From a virus (Duplodnaviria > Heunggongvirae > Uroviricota > Caudoviricetes): a stretch of 64,000 bases of DNA. The DNA lies in IMG/VR virus record IMGVR_UViG_2711768037_000005, positions 3,040 to 67,039 of that record; one strand, written 5' to 3'. Position numbers and translations under genes: made by a program. Below the pieces are notes generated by a model. That model saw only the letters and a list, made by a program, of their open reading frames with translations, made no database searches and had not been told where the DNA came from. Within the stretch, counting starts at the first letter, position 1. Every line of letters begins with the position of its first letter. Below are positions 40,084 through 50,002 of this stretch, piece by piece.

Positions 40084-41226
40084 ATGTCATATTCAACGTT
40101 CCGTTTGGGTGCTAATGATGCAACCAAAGAGCCTATGTTCCTCGGACAATCTGTCAACGTGGCACGTTACGATCAGCAAAAATACCGTGATTTTGAAAAG
40201 TTGATTGAACGTCAATTGTCTTTCTTCTGGCGGCCGGAAGAAGTTGATATTTCGAGCGATCGTATCGACTTCAACACGAAGCTGCGGGACCACGAACGTC
40301 ACATTTTTCTGAGCAATCTCCGTTATCAAACGTTACTCGATTCAGTTCAGGGACGTAGCCCAAATGCAACGCTGCTGCCGCTTATCTCTATTCCTGAACT
40401 GGAAACGTGGGTTGAAACATGGTCTTTCTCTGAGACTATCCATAGCCGCAGCTACACCCACATTATTCGTGGCATGGTGGACGATCCGAGCATTGTTTTT
40501 GACGGTATTGTTACGGATGAAGAAATCATCAACCGAGCGATCAGTATCTCTGCTGAATATGACAGGCTTTATGGGATGACCTGCGAGCGCCAGTCGTTAG
40601 GTGAGAAAGAGTTTGAACGTCTGTACGTAAATGAATATGGCTGGGAGCCATATCCTTTGCACCGTCAGCTTTTCCGCACGTTGGTGTCCATTAATGCGCT
40701 TGAGGCGATCCGTTTCTATGTAAGTTTTGCATGTACGTTTGCCTTTGGCGAACGGAAGTTGCTTGAGGGTAACACCAAAATTATGCGCTTTATTGCCCGT
40801 GATGAAGCTCTGCATTGCGAAGGAACTGAACGCATGATCCGCTTCATGCGTACCGGTCGCGAAGGTTTATTGTGGAAAGAGATTGCTGCTGATGAAGAAA
40901 ACGTCATTTACGACACCATGAAATCAGTCGCCGAACAAGAAATGAACTGGGCAGACTATCTCTTCAAAGACGGTTCGATGATTGGTTTAAACGCGGATAT
41001 TCTCAAAACCTATGTAAAATACCGCACCAATCTGGCTATGAATCGTCTTGGCCTGAAGGCTTTATTTCCAGAAGTTACCACTGATCCGCTGGTCTGGATG
41101 AACAAGTGGTTGTTAACCGACACACTGCAAATTGCACCACAAGAGGCAGAGCAAAGCACATATCTGGTAGGTCAGATCGATTCTACCGTGGATAAGGCTT
41201 CTCTAAGCCAGTTTGCAGACCTGTAA
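40084..41226 (+). CDS. nrdB: ribonucleoside-diphosphate reductase beta subunit (class Ia)
   Basis: near-collinear with remembered E. coli NrdB ([33 protein letters not shown]); start at ATG 40084 after AAAAGGAAAAACACATG (ORF track extends to 40048). Confidence 0.95.
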   Translation: MSYSTFRLGANDATKEPMFLGQSVNVARYDQQKYRDFEKLIERQLSFFWRPEEVDISSDRIDFNTKLRDHERHIFLSNLRYQTLLDSVQGRSPNATLLPLISIPELETWVETWSFSETIHSRSYTHIIRGMVDDPSIVFDGIVTDEEIINRAISISAEYDRLYGMTCERQSLGEKEFERLYVNEYGWEPYPLHRQLFRTLVSINALEAIRFYVSFACTFAFGERKLLEGNTKIMRFIARDEALHCEGTERMIRFMRTGREGLLWKEIAADEENVIYDTMKSVAEQEMNWADYLFKDGSMIGLNADILKTYVKYRTNLAMNRLGLKALFPEVTTDPLVWMNKWLLTDTLQIAPQEAEQSTYLVGQIDSTVDKASLSQFADL

Positions 41227-41303
41227 ACCGATACAAAGCATTATGTGGCCTGGCAACGCTGGGCCACAATGGATCACAAGAATTAAGAAGGAACAAAACT
41301 AGC

Positions 41304-42182
41304 ATGAACTTTACCAAACTGACTGACCACCTGAAACTTGCCACCGATCGACTCATTGGATTTAAGCCAGAACCATATGAGTTGCATGAAGGTCATGGTG
41401 TAGCTACTGAAAGTATTTACAAGATGGTCGATCAGTTTCATGAACTCTTCCAGCATCCGAGACGCGTTATGCCGACACCAGAGCTGCTTCGTCTCCGTGC
41501 AAGCCTGATTCATGAAGAAGCTGTAGTGGAAGGTATTCCAGCCGCAATGAATGGGGATATTGAGCAACTGCTGGATGCAATGGCCGACTTTTTATACGTT
41601 GGTATTGGTACGATGGTCGCCATCAAAGGTGGTATTTCTACCGGCATGACCTATTACACGCAGGAACAGAGCATTGATCGCTTTATGCAGACAATTTTTG
41701 TGCCTGGTAACACTGTTTTCGATGATATGGCAATGCCATTTCAGGAAGCTCGTGAGGCGTCATGTATGCTCGAAGAGCTGGCAGATAAACTTGAGAACAA
41801 GACTGTTAAGGATTCTGAGCTGATTCAGGAACTGCGCCGTGTCATGAACAAAATCTATGTGGCGTGCATGATGACCTATCGACTGGCTGATTTCCTCGGT
41901 ATCAATGTAGTTGAGCTGGTTGGCGAAATTCATCGGTCTAACATGACAAAATTATGGCCTGCTGATGTCGAGGAACGTCGCCAGGCTGTGGCCAACTGCA
42001 AATACGACTCTTCAGATCTGGGATTCCGCCATGCTGATGGCACCGATAAGATGATCGGTTTTCGAATTTCCGATGGAAAGATTCTGAAGTCTCCAACCTA
42101 TAGTGATGTAGATTTATCCTCCTTTGTTGAGCAAGCTAAAGCCTCTGCAATGTATGAAATGATAAAAAATAATTGTAGGTGA
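41304..42182 (+). CDS. hypothetical protein, possibly all-alpha MazG-like NTP pyrophosphohydrolase
   Basis: 292 aa; acidic helical segment EEAVVEGIPAAMNGDIEQLLDAMADFLYV loosely resembles MazG/HisE EExxE...D metal-binding helices; tentative. Confidence 0.3.
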   Translation: MNFTKLTDHLKLATDRLIGFKPEPYELHEGHGVATESIYKMVDQFHELFQHPRRVMPTPELLRLRASLIHEEAVVEGIPAAMNGDIEQLLDAMADFLYVGIGTMVAIKGGISTGMTYYTQEQSIDRFMQTIFVPGNTVFDDMAMPFQEAREASCMLEELADKLENKTVKDSELIQELRRVMNKIYVACMMTYRLADFLGINVVELVGEIHRSNMTKLWPADVEERRQAVANCKYDSSDLGFRHADGTDKMIGFRISDGKILKSPTYSDVDLSSFVEQAKASAMYEMIKNNCR

Positions 42183-42239
42183 TTATCTATTAGTGTATAT
42201 TTGATTTGCGTATAAAACTCTGGAACGACTATTCTTTTT

Positions 42240-42267
42240 GGTGGCCTATGGCCACCATTTTTTTTAT
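42240..42267 (+). terminator. rho-independent terminator
   Basis: GGTGGCC-TAT-GGCCACC followed by ATTTTTTTTAT. Confidence 0.7.
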
Positions 42268-42342
42268 CTATCTGGCCTTGTTCCCTCAATAAATGTAAAC
42301 TCACGCAATGAATAAGTGGTTACTTATCTTTGTGAGGTTTTT

Positions 42343-43446
42343 GTGTCACTCCTTTTGAATCGTGAGCATACGAACGGTCAGGTAACAAACGCATCGTATG
42401 CAAAAGTTATTGAGACGGTGCTTAAAAGCGGCGTGCAGGCTGATGATCGCACAGGCACTGGTACTTTAAGCACCTGCTACGTTCCCTCTTACTACATGCT
42501 TACTGGTGGGACTGTGCCGCTTATTTCTGGAAAGGCGGTAAATCTTAAGCCACTGCTTGTCGAACTTGAGTGGTATCTGAAAGGCACGGGCAACATCCAA
42601 TTTCTCAAGGATAACGGCGTTAAGATTTGGGATGCATGGGCCGATGAGAATGGCGATTTGGGGCCGGTTTACGGTAAGCAGTGGCGTCGATGGGAAGATA
42701 CCCGCATCGTGAGCCATAGTGAATATCTGAGCAAGATCGCTACTTTCCGTGAACGCGGGTACAAAGTCGAGGGATACCTGGGTATCAGTGAAGATCGCGT
42801 AGTGCTGTCCCGTGAAATCGATCAGCTACAGCGTATTGTCGATACACTGCGCACGAACCCTACCGATCGTCGCATCATGCTTAACGCATGGAACGTAGGC
42901 GAGCTTGAGGATATGAAACTGCCACCTTGCCACTTTGTCTTCTCTTTGTGGAGTCGTGAGCTGGATTTTGAAACCCGTTTAACGATGGCAACTGACATTG
43001 GTCTTCAACACAGTCGCCTCGGTTACGAGTCTATCTACACCAAGATGCTATACGATCTGGAGATGGACGGCAGTGTTACTGAAGCTGAACTGGATGAACT
43101 TGGAATCCCCAAACGCATCCTCAACTCCTGCCTCGTACAGCGTAGCGTAGACACTTTTGTTGGTATGCCATTCAATATTGCTGGCTATGGCATTCTCACT
43201 CATTTTCTCGCGAAGATTACGGGTCACATGGCCGGTGCATTTGTGCATTTTGGCTTTGACGTGCATTTGTACAACAACCACATGGAAGGTGTGTGTGAGC
43301 TAATGAAACGACAGGCTCCAGAGCATTCAGATCCGGTCGTTATTTTCCCTCATGAATGGTCAGAGTTGGATGATTTCAAATGGGACGAGGTTTTAATTCT
43401 TGGCTATGACCCTCTACCGTGGATCAAGGTTCCAGTGGCGGTGTGA
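42343..43446 (+). CDS. thyA: thymidylate synthase with internal insertions
   Basis: blocks DRTGTGTLS, IWDAWADENGDLGPVYGKQWRRW, RRIMLNAWNVGELEDMKLPPCHFVF, VGMPFNIAGY, YDPLPWIKVPVAV collinear with E. coli ThyA; ~45-aa insertion after the catalytic PCH; start set to GTG 42343 with RBS GAGG. Confidence 0.85.
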   Translation: MSLLLNREHTNGQVTNASYAKVIETVLKSGVQADDRTGTGTLSTCYVPSYYMLTGGTVPLISGKAVNLKPLLVELEWYLKGTGNIQFLKDNGVKIWDAWADENGDLGPVYGKQWRRWEDTRIVSHSEYLSKIATFRERGYKVEGYLGISEDRVVLSREIDQLQRIVDTLRTNPTDRRIMLNAWNVGELEDMKLPPCHFVFSLWSRELDFETRLTMATDIGLQHSRLGYESIYTKMLYDLEMDGSVTEAELDELGIPKRILNSCLVQRSVDTFVGMPFNIAGYGILTHFLAKITGHMAGAFVHFGFDVHLYNNHMEGVCELMKRQAPEHSDPVVIFPHEWSELDDFKWDEVLILGYDPLPWIKVPVAV

Positions 43447-43447
43447 T

Positions 43448-43861
43448 ATGGCAAGAGGTATGTATGTCTTATGCGAAATTGAAGGTGTGCTGGCAAATGC
43501 CAGCCATCGTAAATCAGTATCTGACGCGGATGCAGGCCAGCTCATTGCCGGTGATGAACTCATTTTCCCCACCAGCCGTATGTTGCGTGGTTTTGCTCGC
43601 TCAGGGGCTGAAGTGGTGCTTATCAGTAGCCGCTCTGAAACTCTTGAAGCGCCAACTAAACGATGGCTGAAAGATTTTGGCGTTGATTATGACTGGCTTC
43701 ATCTCGTACCGAATGGCACCAGTTATGAGAAGCATATTAAGCGCACATTAGCGGAGCATAAAGGCGATCTGCTTATCGCTGCGCTGGTGCACGATCCTCG
43801 ACTCCGTGCCGCTTTAGCCGACTCTCACCATCGACCGGTCATCTATGAGGTGAGCAAATGA
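43448..43861 (+). CDS. hypothetical protein in nucleotide-metabolism cluster
   Basis: ~137 aa from internal Met (MARGMYVLCEIEGV); overlaps thyA stop; function not assignable. Confidence 0.4.
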   Translation: MARGMYVLCEIEGVLANASHRKSVSDADAGQLIAGDELIFPTSRMLRGFARSGAEVVLISSRSETLEAPTKRWLKDFGVDYDWLHLVPNGTSYEKHIKRTLAEHKGDLLIAALVHDPRLRAALADSHHRPVIYEVSK

Positions 43862-44334
43862 AGATGATCGCTGCTGTTGGCCGTAACTATGAGATCGGCA
43901 TAGCGAATGAACTCCCCTGGCGTTGTTCTACCGATCTGAAGCTATTTAAGAGACTCACCAAAAACGCCACTGTCGTTATGGGGCGTAAAACGATGGAAAG
44001 TCTCAAACGCCCTCTTCCAGAGCGTCATAACCTCGTTTTGACGCGCTCTCATGGCTTTGTACCAAATGGATTCTACCCTGCTGGTGTGGATGATGTGTTG
44101 CGATTACCAGAGCCTGTGTGGGTGATTGGCGGGGAACAAATTTACTCGCTATTCATGCCGCATGTTGAAGAGATTTGGCTCTCCCACATCGGCGTTGATG
44201 TACCAAACGCCGATGCATTCTTCCCGGCAAGCATGATGCGTAACTTAGGCTTTGTGCCTGTTGAAACAGCTTATACCCAACGAGCCAGCGAGGAAGAGCC
44301 TGGCTTTTCGCAGATCGTATACAGAAGGTCGTAA
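43858..44334 (+). CDS. folA: dihydrofolate reductase
   Basis: 158 aa; N-terminal MIAAVGRNYEIGIANELPWRCSTDLKLFKRLTKNATVVMGRKT matches DHFR NADPH/folate-binding region; ATGA coupling to previous ORF. Confidence 0.85.
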   Translation: MKMIAAVGRNYEIGIANELPWRCSTDLKLFKRLTKNATVVMGRKTMESLKRPLPERHNLVLTRSHGFVPNGFYPAGVDDVLRLPEPVWVIGGEQIYSLFMPHVEEIWLSHIGVDVPNADAFFPASMMRNLGFVPVETAYTQRASEEEPGFSQIVYRRS

Positions 44335-44978
44335 TGGATTACCGGATTGGGATCACTGGTGCTCAGGGCAGTGGGAAAACAACCCTGGCTAAATATATCG
44401 ACAAACATTACGGAATCCCTTACGTGGATGCTGGTGTCGGAAGTTTGATGAGCCGCCTCGGTGTTCGAGTAGGTGATTCTATGCCTCTATATGAGCGGCT
44501 TCAGATTCAAATGGAAATAGCAAAGCATATAGAGCTACTTACGCGTGGTGTTGAAGGCTTTGTTATCGATCGCACACCTGCTGATGTTATGGCCTACACG
44601 TTGGATTTGGTCGGCCATACAAATGAAGATCGGTGTATTGAGTTAGCCCTCGATATCGAAAAGTTTTGCCACAAAACTGCTATTTCAAACTTTAACGCCA
44701 TTGCTGGCCTACGTCCGGGGGTCGCTCTCTCAGAGCGAGATTACTTGCGGTCACAACGAGCATCATTAGACCGTCTGTATGTCGCTCGTATTGATGCGTT
44801 GATGTGCGGGGAACTGACAAAAATTCACCTGCATCCGCAAAGGGGAGATCTGCAAACCTTCGTCGTTTCCAACCGGTATCGCACAGTTGAAGCAAGAGCC
44901 AGATCAGTGATGAGAATGCTAGATAACGCTGTAGAAAAGATAGAAAACCGGTTCTGTGGCCGAGTGACCGTTCATTAG
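44334..44978 (+). CDS. P-loop nucleotide/nucleoside kinase-like protein
   Basis: 214 aa; Walker A GITGAQGSGKTTLAKY at N-terminus; location between DHFR and exonuclease suggests dNMP/nucleoside kinase. Confidence 0.5.
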   Translation: MDYRIGITGAQGSGKTTLAKYIDKHYGIPYVDAGVGSLMSRLGVRVGDSMPLYERLQIQMEIAKHIELLTRGVEGFVIDRTPADVMAYTLDLVGHTNEDRCIELALDIEKFCHKTAISNFNAIAGLRPGVALSERDYLRSQRASLDRLYVARIDALMCGELTKIHLHPQRGDLQTFVVSNRYRTVEARARSVMRMLDNAVEKIENRFCGRVTVH

Positions 44979-45039
44979 AAATTGTTCGCCTCTTCGACAT
45001 TGCGACAATAAAACTCTCAAAATGGGTTAAGGATAAAAA

Positions 45040-45459
45040 ATGTTTAGTGAAATGTTGCTTGAAGATGAACTGGATCGGAAAACAACAGAGGCTTTGATTC
45101 GTGTAGCGGACGAACATTCCCGGTCGCTTATGAGCGATCGAGAGGCTCGTCTGGCTATTCGTGCCATATTCGAAACTGCGCAGGGGCTTGTTGGTACACA
45201 AGTGGGTGAAGCCATTAACATCGCCATGTCTCAGTTCAGTGAAGGCAGTAAAAAGCCTCTGTTTCCTATGCATTTGATGCTGGCTGGTGGCACGGTGCTT
45301 TATATCTCTGTTTGTCTGGATAGCAACCAAATCAATATTCTCAACACTGTGTCAGGTAAGTGGAAAGATCCGATTGTCTGTGAAACCAGTGAAGAAACTT
45401 TGAAAAAAGCGGCTCAATTTGTACGTAGCGCACTACTTAAGGGCGCTAAGAAGTTGTAA
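45040..45459 (+). CDS. hypothetical protein
   Basis: 139 aa ORF. Confidence 0.45.
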   Translation: MFSEMLLEDELDRKTTEALIRVADEHSRSLMSDREARLAIRAIFETAQGLVGTQVGEAINIAMSQFSEGSKKPLFPMHLMLAGGTVLYISVCLDSNQINILNTVSGKWKDPIVCETSEETLKKAAQFVRSALLKGAKKL

Positions 45460-45468
45460 GGAGTTCTG

Positions 45469-46023
45469 ATGACAACGATTGTTGCAGGCATCGATATCGA
45501 GTCTACGGGACTGGATTTCCTTGCTGGTCATAAAATTATTGAAATCGCAATTACCCGCTATGAACTGGAGACACAGAGACATATTGATAGTTTTGTAATG
45601 CGGTTCAACCCGCGTCGCAGTATCGATCCGAAAGCGCAAGCGGTACACGGCATCAGTCTTGAAGATTTAGCCGCCGAGCCGTTACTAGCCGATCACGCTT
45701 CATCTGTCGCTTCGTACCTCTCTTCTTCCGATATTTGGATAGCCCACAACGGCGAAGCGTTCGATATTCCGTTTATTAGGCATGAGCTGAAAAGTTACGG
45801 TTTTTCGCTTCCAGACATCCCATTGATTGACACTCTATTTTCCCTGTGGGCCACAGAAGACGGTAAACGTCCCCGCCTTGAAGAGTTGGCCTTCTCTCTT
45901 GGCTTTATATACGATCATGCCAAAGCACATAGTGCCTTATATGACACAAACTTAATGATGCAATGCTTCTTTAAGGCACGTAATAAGTACGGATTTTTTA
46001 AATTACCCTCTGAAATTGTGTAA
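45469..46023 (+). CDS. DnaQ-like 3'-5' exonuclease (DEDDh; Pol III epsilon-like)
   Basis: 184 aa; Exo I VAGIDIESTGLD, Exo II IAHNGEAFDIPFI, Exo III AHSALYDT. Confidence 0.85.
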   Translation: MTTIVAGIDIESTGLDFLAGHKIIEIAITRYELETQRHIDSFVMRFNPRRSIDPKAQAVHGISLEDLAAEPLLADHASSVASYLSSSDIWIAHNGEAFDIPFIRHELKSYGFSLPDIPLIDTLFSLWATEDGKRPRLEELAFSLGFIYDHAKAHSALYDTNLMMQCFFKARNKYGFFKLPSEIV

Positions 46024-46183
46024 AGCAAAAGCCTACTTTAAAGAGAGTTTAAAGTAGGCTTTCTTTTAAAGAACAGTCGCCTTTCAATCATTTCCTGCCT
46101 GTATTTAATACTTTTCCGCCTGACAGGTTTAGTCAAAATGTAGCCATCGAAACGCAAATGTAACCAAACAGAAGGAGACTTAC

Positions 46184-46993
46184 ATGAGTTCGGTTGAAAA
46201 TGTAATGACAAATGATGATCTGGACGAGCTGACAGCCATGTTGCAATCACTTGATGAACCAGTAAAAAAAGCTGCACAGGTTGAAAATACTGATGATATT
46301 GACGATCTGCTGCTCGGCCTCGATGCTGGCGTAGCCATGAGTTCTGATGATGTTGCCGAAGAACTGTTCAATGAAGAAAAAGCAGGTGATTTCAGCTCTG
46401 CTTTAAATGAGTTGGAGTTAGCGCATGAGCCTATAAACGTAATTAACGCTGAAAGTGTTGAATCTGCCGAAAACGAGCCAGAACAATTGGGATTGATTGA
46501 GGTTGAAGACTGTGTTGAGGTTAATGATGAATTAAAAGTTCAACAGTCAAATGATAGCAATACAAATAAAAAAGCTCGTACTGCAAGAGGTCCTCGTTTT
46601 ACTTTAAGTGATAAAGATGATTCGTTTTTCAATAAAGCAGGCTTAGAAAAAGATATTTTCTTAGACGCTTACGATAACGCGCCTGTCAAAGCAAAGGATA
46701 AGATATTAAACCTTCTTAATTGGTTTAGCGGAGGTCCAGATATTAGTGTTTACACGGTAATTTCCATGAGACACCTTCTCACAGAAAAGAAGGCTACAAG
46801 TAATAGTATTAAGATTGCTTTAATGAGCAATCCAGAAAAACCGTATCCGCTTAACACTGCGTCAACTCAGGCTGGGCAAATGATGGCTGTATTTCCAGCG
46901 ACAGGAATTGCTGTTAGAGACGGTGGAAATCTAACATTGAACGAAGAATCACCGATCGTTAAGAAGTTTGTCGCGGAGTACACTATTGGATGA
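46184..46993 (+). CDS. hypothetical acidic protein
   Basis: 269 aa; highly acidic N-terminal half. Confidence 0.5.
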   Translation: MSSVENVMTNDDLDELTAMLQSLDEPVKKAAQVENTDDIDDLLLGLDAGVAMSSDDVAEELFNEEKAGDFSSALNELELAHEPINVINAESVESAENEPEQLGLIEVEDCVEVNDELKVQQSNDSNTNKKARTARGPRFTLSDKDDSFFNKAGLEKDIFLDAYDNAPVKAKDKILNLLNWFSGGPDISVYTVISMRHLLTEKKATSNSIKIALMSNPEKPYPLNTASTQAGQMMAVFPATGIAVRDGGNLTLNEESPIVKKFVAEYTIG

Positions 46994-47069
46994 TGTTCCC
47001 CTACTGAAAATAAAGCCCATAGAGAGCTTTATAGTGCTGGGTACGCTAACCCATACCCAGCACCACAAA

Positions 47070-47115
47070 AACGCGCCAGAGAGCTTCTTGTTCGCATTTC
47101 TGGCGCGTTTTATTT
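47070..47115 (+). terminator. rho-independent terminator (long stem)
   Basis: AACGCGCCAGA...TCTGGCGCGTT followed by TTATTT. Confidence 0.6.
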
Positions 47116-47163
47116 GATTGCCATACATAAAATCAAATGCAAAAATAGGTAATCACTTACCTA

Positions 47164-47769
47164 TTGATAAAGAAGATGATTGCAGCCGAAAAAATCAAAA
47201 AGCGAAAGCGCGACAACTCTCTTCGTGACCTCTGGAGAACACCTGACTGGCTGTTTAATGCCATTCAACGTTATCTGGGAGTGACATTTGATGTTGACGT
47301 TGCCTGCAATAAGGACAATGCAAAGCTGCCTATTTTCATAGGCGTTGAGCGCGATGCTTTGAAATCTGAATGGGGGCAGCCAGGTACAATTGCCTTCCTC
47401 AATCCACCCTACTCCAAAATTTCCCCCTGGATTGATGCGGCTATACGTGAGCAGGCTCGCGGAGTTACAACAGTGATGCTAATTCCTCAATCCCTCGATA
47501 CAAAGTGGTATGAGCGTGCAACAGAGTGTGCGAATGAGACGATTATTCTGTCTGGTGGCCGCGTAGCGTTTGTCGAGCCTGACGTCAATCTGGGTCAGGT
47601 AGAAGTAAACATCAACCCCGGTGGCAGTATGCTCGTTGTTTTTCGCGGATTCTGTCAGGACGCTGGGCACTCTATAAGCAAGATCCCTTTGGACGTCATG
47701 AAAAGTCTGGGAGGGTATGATCCTGCGAATGTGATCAGGAAAAAAAGACCATCAAAGAAGGCAGCTTAG
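47164..47769 (+). CDS. dam: phage-type DNA N6-adenine methyltransferase (Dam-like)
   Basis: 201 aa; catalytic NPPYS motif (FLNPPYSKISPW) with WRTPDW motif upstream; typical small phage Dam. Confidence 0.75.
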   Translation: MIKKMIAAEKIKKRKRDNSLRDLWRTPDWLFNAIQRYLGVTFDVDVACNKDNAKLPIFIGVERDALKSEWGQPGTIAFLNPPYSKISPWIDAAIREQARGVTTVMLIPQSLDTKWYERATECANETIILSGGRVAFVEPDVNLGQVEVNINPGGSMLVVFRGFCQDAGHSISKIPLDVMKSLGGYDPANVIRKKRPSKKAA

Positions 47770-47791
47770 TTTGTTCTGGCGTCTGTAATTA

Positions 47792-47847
47792 GCCTGCTTC
47801 TGTATATAAATAACTACATATTAATTATTAATATACGGAAGCAGGCT
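47792..47847. repeat. 56-bp imperfect palindrome, copy 2 (GCCTGCTTCTGTATATAAATAA / TTATTAATATACGGAAGCAGGC); terminator-like
   Basis: arms read directly; followed by TGTTTTGTATC; related to element at 1070-1120. Confidence 0.6.
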
Positions 47848-47953
47848 GTTTTGTATCAGAGACTCCAGACCTGAACATCACTACAGAATCCACTAGAACC
47901 CCTTCCCAGACGCTTTAAAATCGATTTTATGAACCACTTTAAGGAAAACTAAC

Positions 47954-48184
47954 ATGCCATACCCGACCAATGTTGTTGCGCTCGTAGAGAGCGATTTTCT
48001 GGCTAAGGCTCGTGAAATGATGAAAGATCGCGAGCAGGCTTTCAACTTGTACGAATGGGCAATTAAGTGCTTGCATCTTGGGGAGCATCGCGAACTTGTT
48101 GAACAGCTTTTAGGTGAGTTGATCAACGAGGTGTTTGCCTTGAATGTTCAACTACATGGTCGAGAAAATAATCAATCGAAATGA
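47954..48184 (+). CDS. hypothetical small protein
   Basis: 76 aa ORF with RBS AAGGAAA. Confidence 0.4.
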   Translation: MPYPTNVVALVESDFLAKAREMMKDREQAFNLYEWAIKCLHLGEHRELVEQLLGELINEVFALNVQLHGRENNQSK

Positions 48185-48703
48185 TAGATAAGTACAAACT
48201 ATTCATAAGATAAATTGTAAGTGCTAAGATCTGATAGTTTCCAGTCGTAGACTGGAGACTCGACCTGATGGGTGGGGGTAAGCGTCACTGGCGTCAGGTT
48301 TAAAAAAGCTCACTACCAGCGTAGAACCGGTGCCGTTTAGGTGTCGGGAAAGGGGGAACCAAAGTGAGCGGAGACAAGGGTCACTTTATGATTGTCGAGT
48401 CTGGGGTGTTTCGAGAGGTTGAATCCAGTACTCCCCTTCATAAAGTGTGGGAAGATCTCGGTTCTGGGGTGCTGTCATCCATAACTTCCCAAGTCTAAGC
48501 TGGCAGTAGACTTAGACCATAACTTTTCAGGTTATGAAACGACCAGGTTGGTGAGAGATTTTTATACTCACCTCCCTGGGAGAGTATTACCTGAAAAGAC
48601 AACCTCTCACTTCGTTCGAGGTGAACTTCACTCACTTCGTTCGTTCAGTTCAGGTTTATAAAAACCTGTTCTGGGAAGTAATTTGTTTATTTTAATAATT
48701 ATT

Positions 48704-48728
48704 AACACGCACGCGTGTGCGCACGCGC
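48704..48728. other. 25-bp alternating pyrimidine-purine tract (ACACGCACGCGTGTGCGCACGCGCG), Z-DNA-prone, in rnhA upstream region
   Basis: strict Py-Pu alternation read directly; GC-rich; partly palindromic around ACGCGT. Confidence 0.6.
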
Positions 48729-48768
48729 GAGGAAAAAAATCGGCGCGGCGCTTGATTCAGGAGTTTAT

Positions 48769-49359
48769 ATGACGACGAAGACACCAGCCCGATCGCAAGC
48801 AAAAACTCGCAAAAAAGCCAAAAACAAAAATTCTCCCCGCACCAATCCCACAACGCCTGTCGTAGAGTTCAATCCCCAGCTGAAAACCGTGAAAATCTTC
48901 AGTGATGGCTCTTGCCTTAAAAATCCGGGTGGCCCGGGCGGTTACGGTATCGTTCTTCAGTATCGTGGAGAGGAACGCGAGTTCTCAGATGGTTTTCATA
49001 GCACCACCAATAACCGCATGGAGATGATGGGGGCACTTATCGGGCTGGAGCGTTTGAAATATCCATGCAACGTTATTTTGCACTCTGATAGCCAGTATCT
49101 GAAAAACGGCATGACACAGTGGATGAAATGGTGGAAACGCAATGGATGGATGACTTCTGACAAAAAACCGGTAAAGAATGTTGATCTGTGGAAGCGTCTG
49201 GATGAGGCCGCAAGTCGACATAATGTTCGCTGGAAGTGGGTTAAAGGTCACGCCGGGCATCGTGAAAATGAAATATGTGATCGACTCGCGAAGATCGCAG
49301 CTTTTTCAGCAGCAGATATGCCTCACAAGAAAGATATTGGTTTTGTTTATAACAAGTAG
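48769..49359 (+). CDS. rnhA: ribonuclease HI
   Basis: core [26 protein letters not shown]...[16 protein letters not shown]...[15 protein letters not shown]...[20 protein letters not shown] collinear with E. coli RNase HI; basic N-terminal extension; start at ATG 48769 with RBS AGGAG (ORF track extends to 48715). Confidence 0.85.
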   Translation: MTTKTPARSQAKTRKKAKNKNSPRTNPTTPVVEFNPQLKTVKIFSDGSCLKNPGGPGGYGIVLQYRGEEREFSDGFHSTTNNRMEMMGALIGLERLKYPCNVILHSDSQYLKNGMTQWMKWWKRNGWMTSDKKPVKNVDLWKRLDEAASRHNVRWKWVKGHAGHRENEICDRLAKIAAFSAADMPHKKDIGFVYNK

Positions 49360-49507
49360 TAAGTAAGTGTTTACTCATCACTTTAAATCATGTATCTTAT
49401 CGGCGTCAGGATGACAATGTGTCGGTAAGACACAGTTCCAGGATGGAACAAGAAAGGCGGCTGGCAATCGCCAGCCGCAACTCTTTCTGACACTGGATGG
49501 GGTCCAT

Positions 49508-50002
49508 ATGGCACGTCAAACCTATTTCACTTCTGCAACTAAACGTCCTCGTTCTTTACGTCAAATTTTGGCCGAATTATTTAGCGGTCGTGTTATGTCA
49601 CGTCTTGATGAACTAGAGACTACCGTTAGGTTGCTGAATGAACGTTTAGATAATCAAGCGTCAGTTGTTGCGAACGTGGGGGCGATTGTTGCCTCTGGTT
49701 CTTCACGCGAAGCGAAAAGTACACGGCCTTTAGTGAAGGAGAAAAACAACAAGGACAGTTCGAATGGAAAATTTTCAAAGAAAGAGGCTGAAACCAATGG
49801 CCTACGTTCTCATTATAGTTTCACTGGCGACGGTAGCCGTTCCAGCCGGCCAGAGCCTTTTGATGCCGGATTCATCCATCACCACACCTCCGTCGACGAC
49901 AATTACCACCACTCCAGTAGAGCGTCCTGTCACTCTGGATGGGATGACGGTGGATGCGATACCTCAAGTTCATCCAGTTACTCAGGATCATGTTGTGATT
50001 AA
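49508..50002 (+). CDS. hypothetical protein (C-terminal half low-complexity; extent uncertain)
   Basis: 164 aa ORF; overlapped in another frame by ORF 49764-50015. Confidence 0.35.
   Translation: MARQTYFTSATKRPRSLRQILAELFSGRVMSRLDELETTVRLLNERLDNQASVVANVGAIVASGSSREAKSTRPLVKEKNNKDSSNGKFSKKEAETNGLRSHYSFTGDGSRSSRPEPFDAGFIHHHTSVDDNYHHSSRASCHSGWDDGGCDTSSSSSYSGSCCD

Noticed and set aside
44692-45330. 212-aa minus-strand ORF
   Set aside because: Antisense to the kinase-like gene and the 45040 ORF, both of which continue the same-strand operon structure; shadow ORF.
48185-48700. RNase P RNA, tmRNA, 6S RNA or retron msr/msd in the ORF-free region upstream of rnhA
   Set aside because: Conserved RNase P motifs (such as ACAGAANCCGGCUUA) and tmRNA tag-ORF/tRNA-like ends are absent by eye, and there is no reverse transcriptase gene nearby; kept only as an unclassified structured-RNA candidate.
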